A stretch of DNA of 7,246 bases from Anthoceros angustus (taxonomy: Eukaryota > Plantae > Anthocerotophyta): assembly GCA_010909165.1 (NCBI GenBank), contig VJWM01000436.1, positions 1 to 7,246 of the forward strand, written 5' to 3'. A model generated the notes under the pieces. It searched no databases, was not told the origin of the DNA, and saw only the letters and a list, made by a program, of their open reading frames with translations. Below are positions 7,212 to 7,246 of this stretch, piece by piece. The stretch's first letter is position 1. The number at the start of each line of letters is the position of its first letter. The position numbers and the translations under genes are program-made.

Positions 7212-7246
7212 ACTATCAAACTACGTAGTAAAACAAACCTAGACTT

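Noticed and set aside
6621-7228. ORFs 6621-6911 and 6935-7228 as an env-like or extra gene
   Set aside because: The first is the chromodomain frame running into the LTR. The second spans LTR and flank and shows no transmembrane or known motifs. There is no room for an extra ORF between pol and the 3' LTR.

Overview
Eukaryotic, plant-like DNA. Most of the window is one near-full-length Ty3/gypsy LTR retrotransposon on the + strand (about 1155-7136, 5,982 bp). It has short LTRs of 311 and 317 bp with TG...CA ends, a tRNA-iMet-type PBS, and frameshifted gag, protease, RT, RNase H, integrase and C-terminal chromodomain in gypsy order, so it is a chromovirus; size and motifs suggest Reina-like, which is tentative. 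The coding region is broken by dense small indels, yet the two LTRs share a 94-bp perfect block. This suggests a young element seen through noisy long-read or unpolished sequence rather than an ancient fossil. The most unusual feature is the junction: there is no 4-6 bp target-site duplication, but about 40 bp (possibly 55-65 bp) just left of the 5' LTR reappears just right of the 3' LTR, with short microhomologies at both junctions. Positions 1-1100 are unassigned flank (a GC-rich island followed by AT-rich DNA). I found no RNA genes, CRISPR arrays or recognisable host genes.
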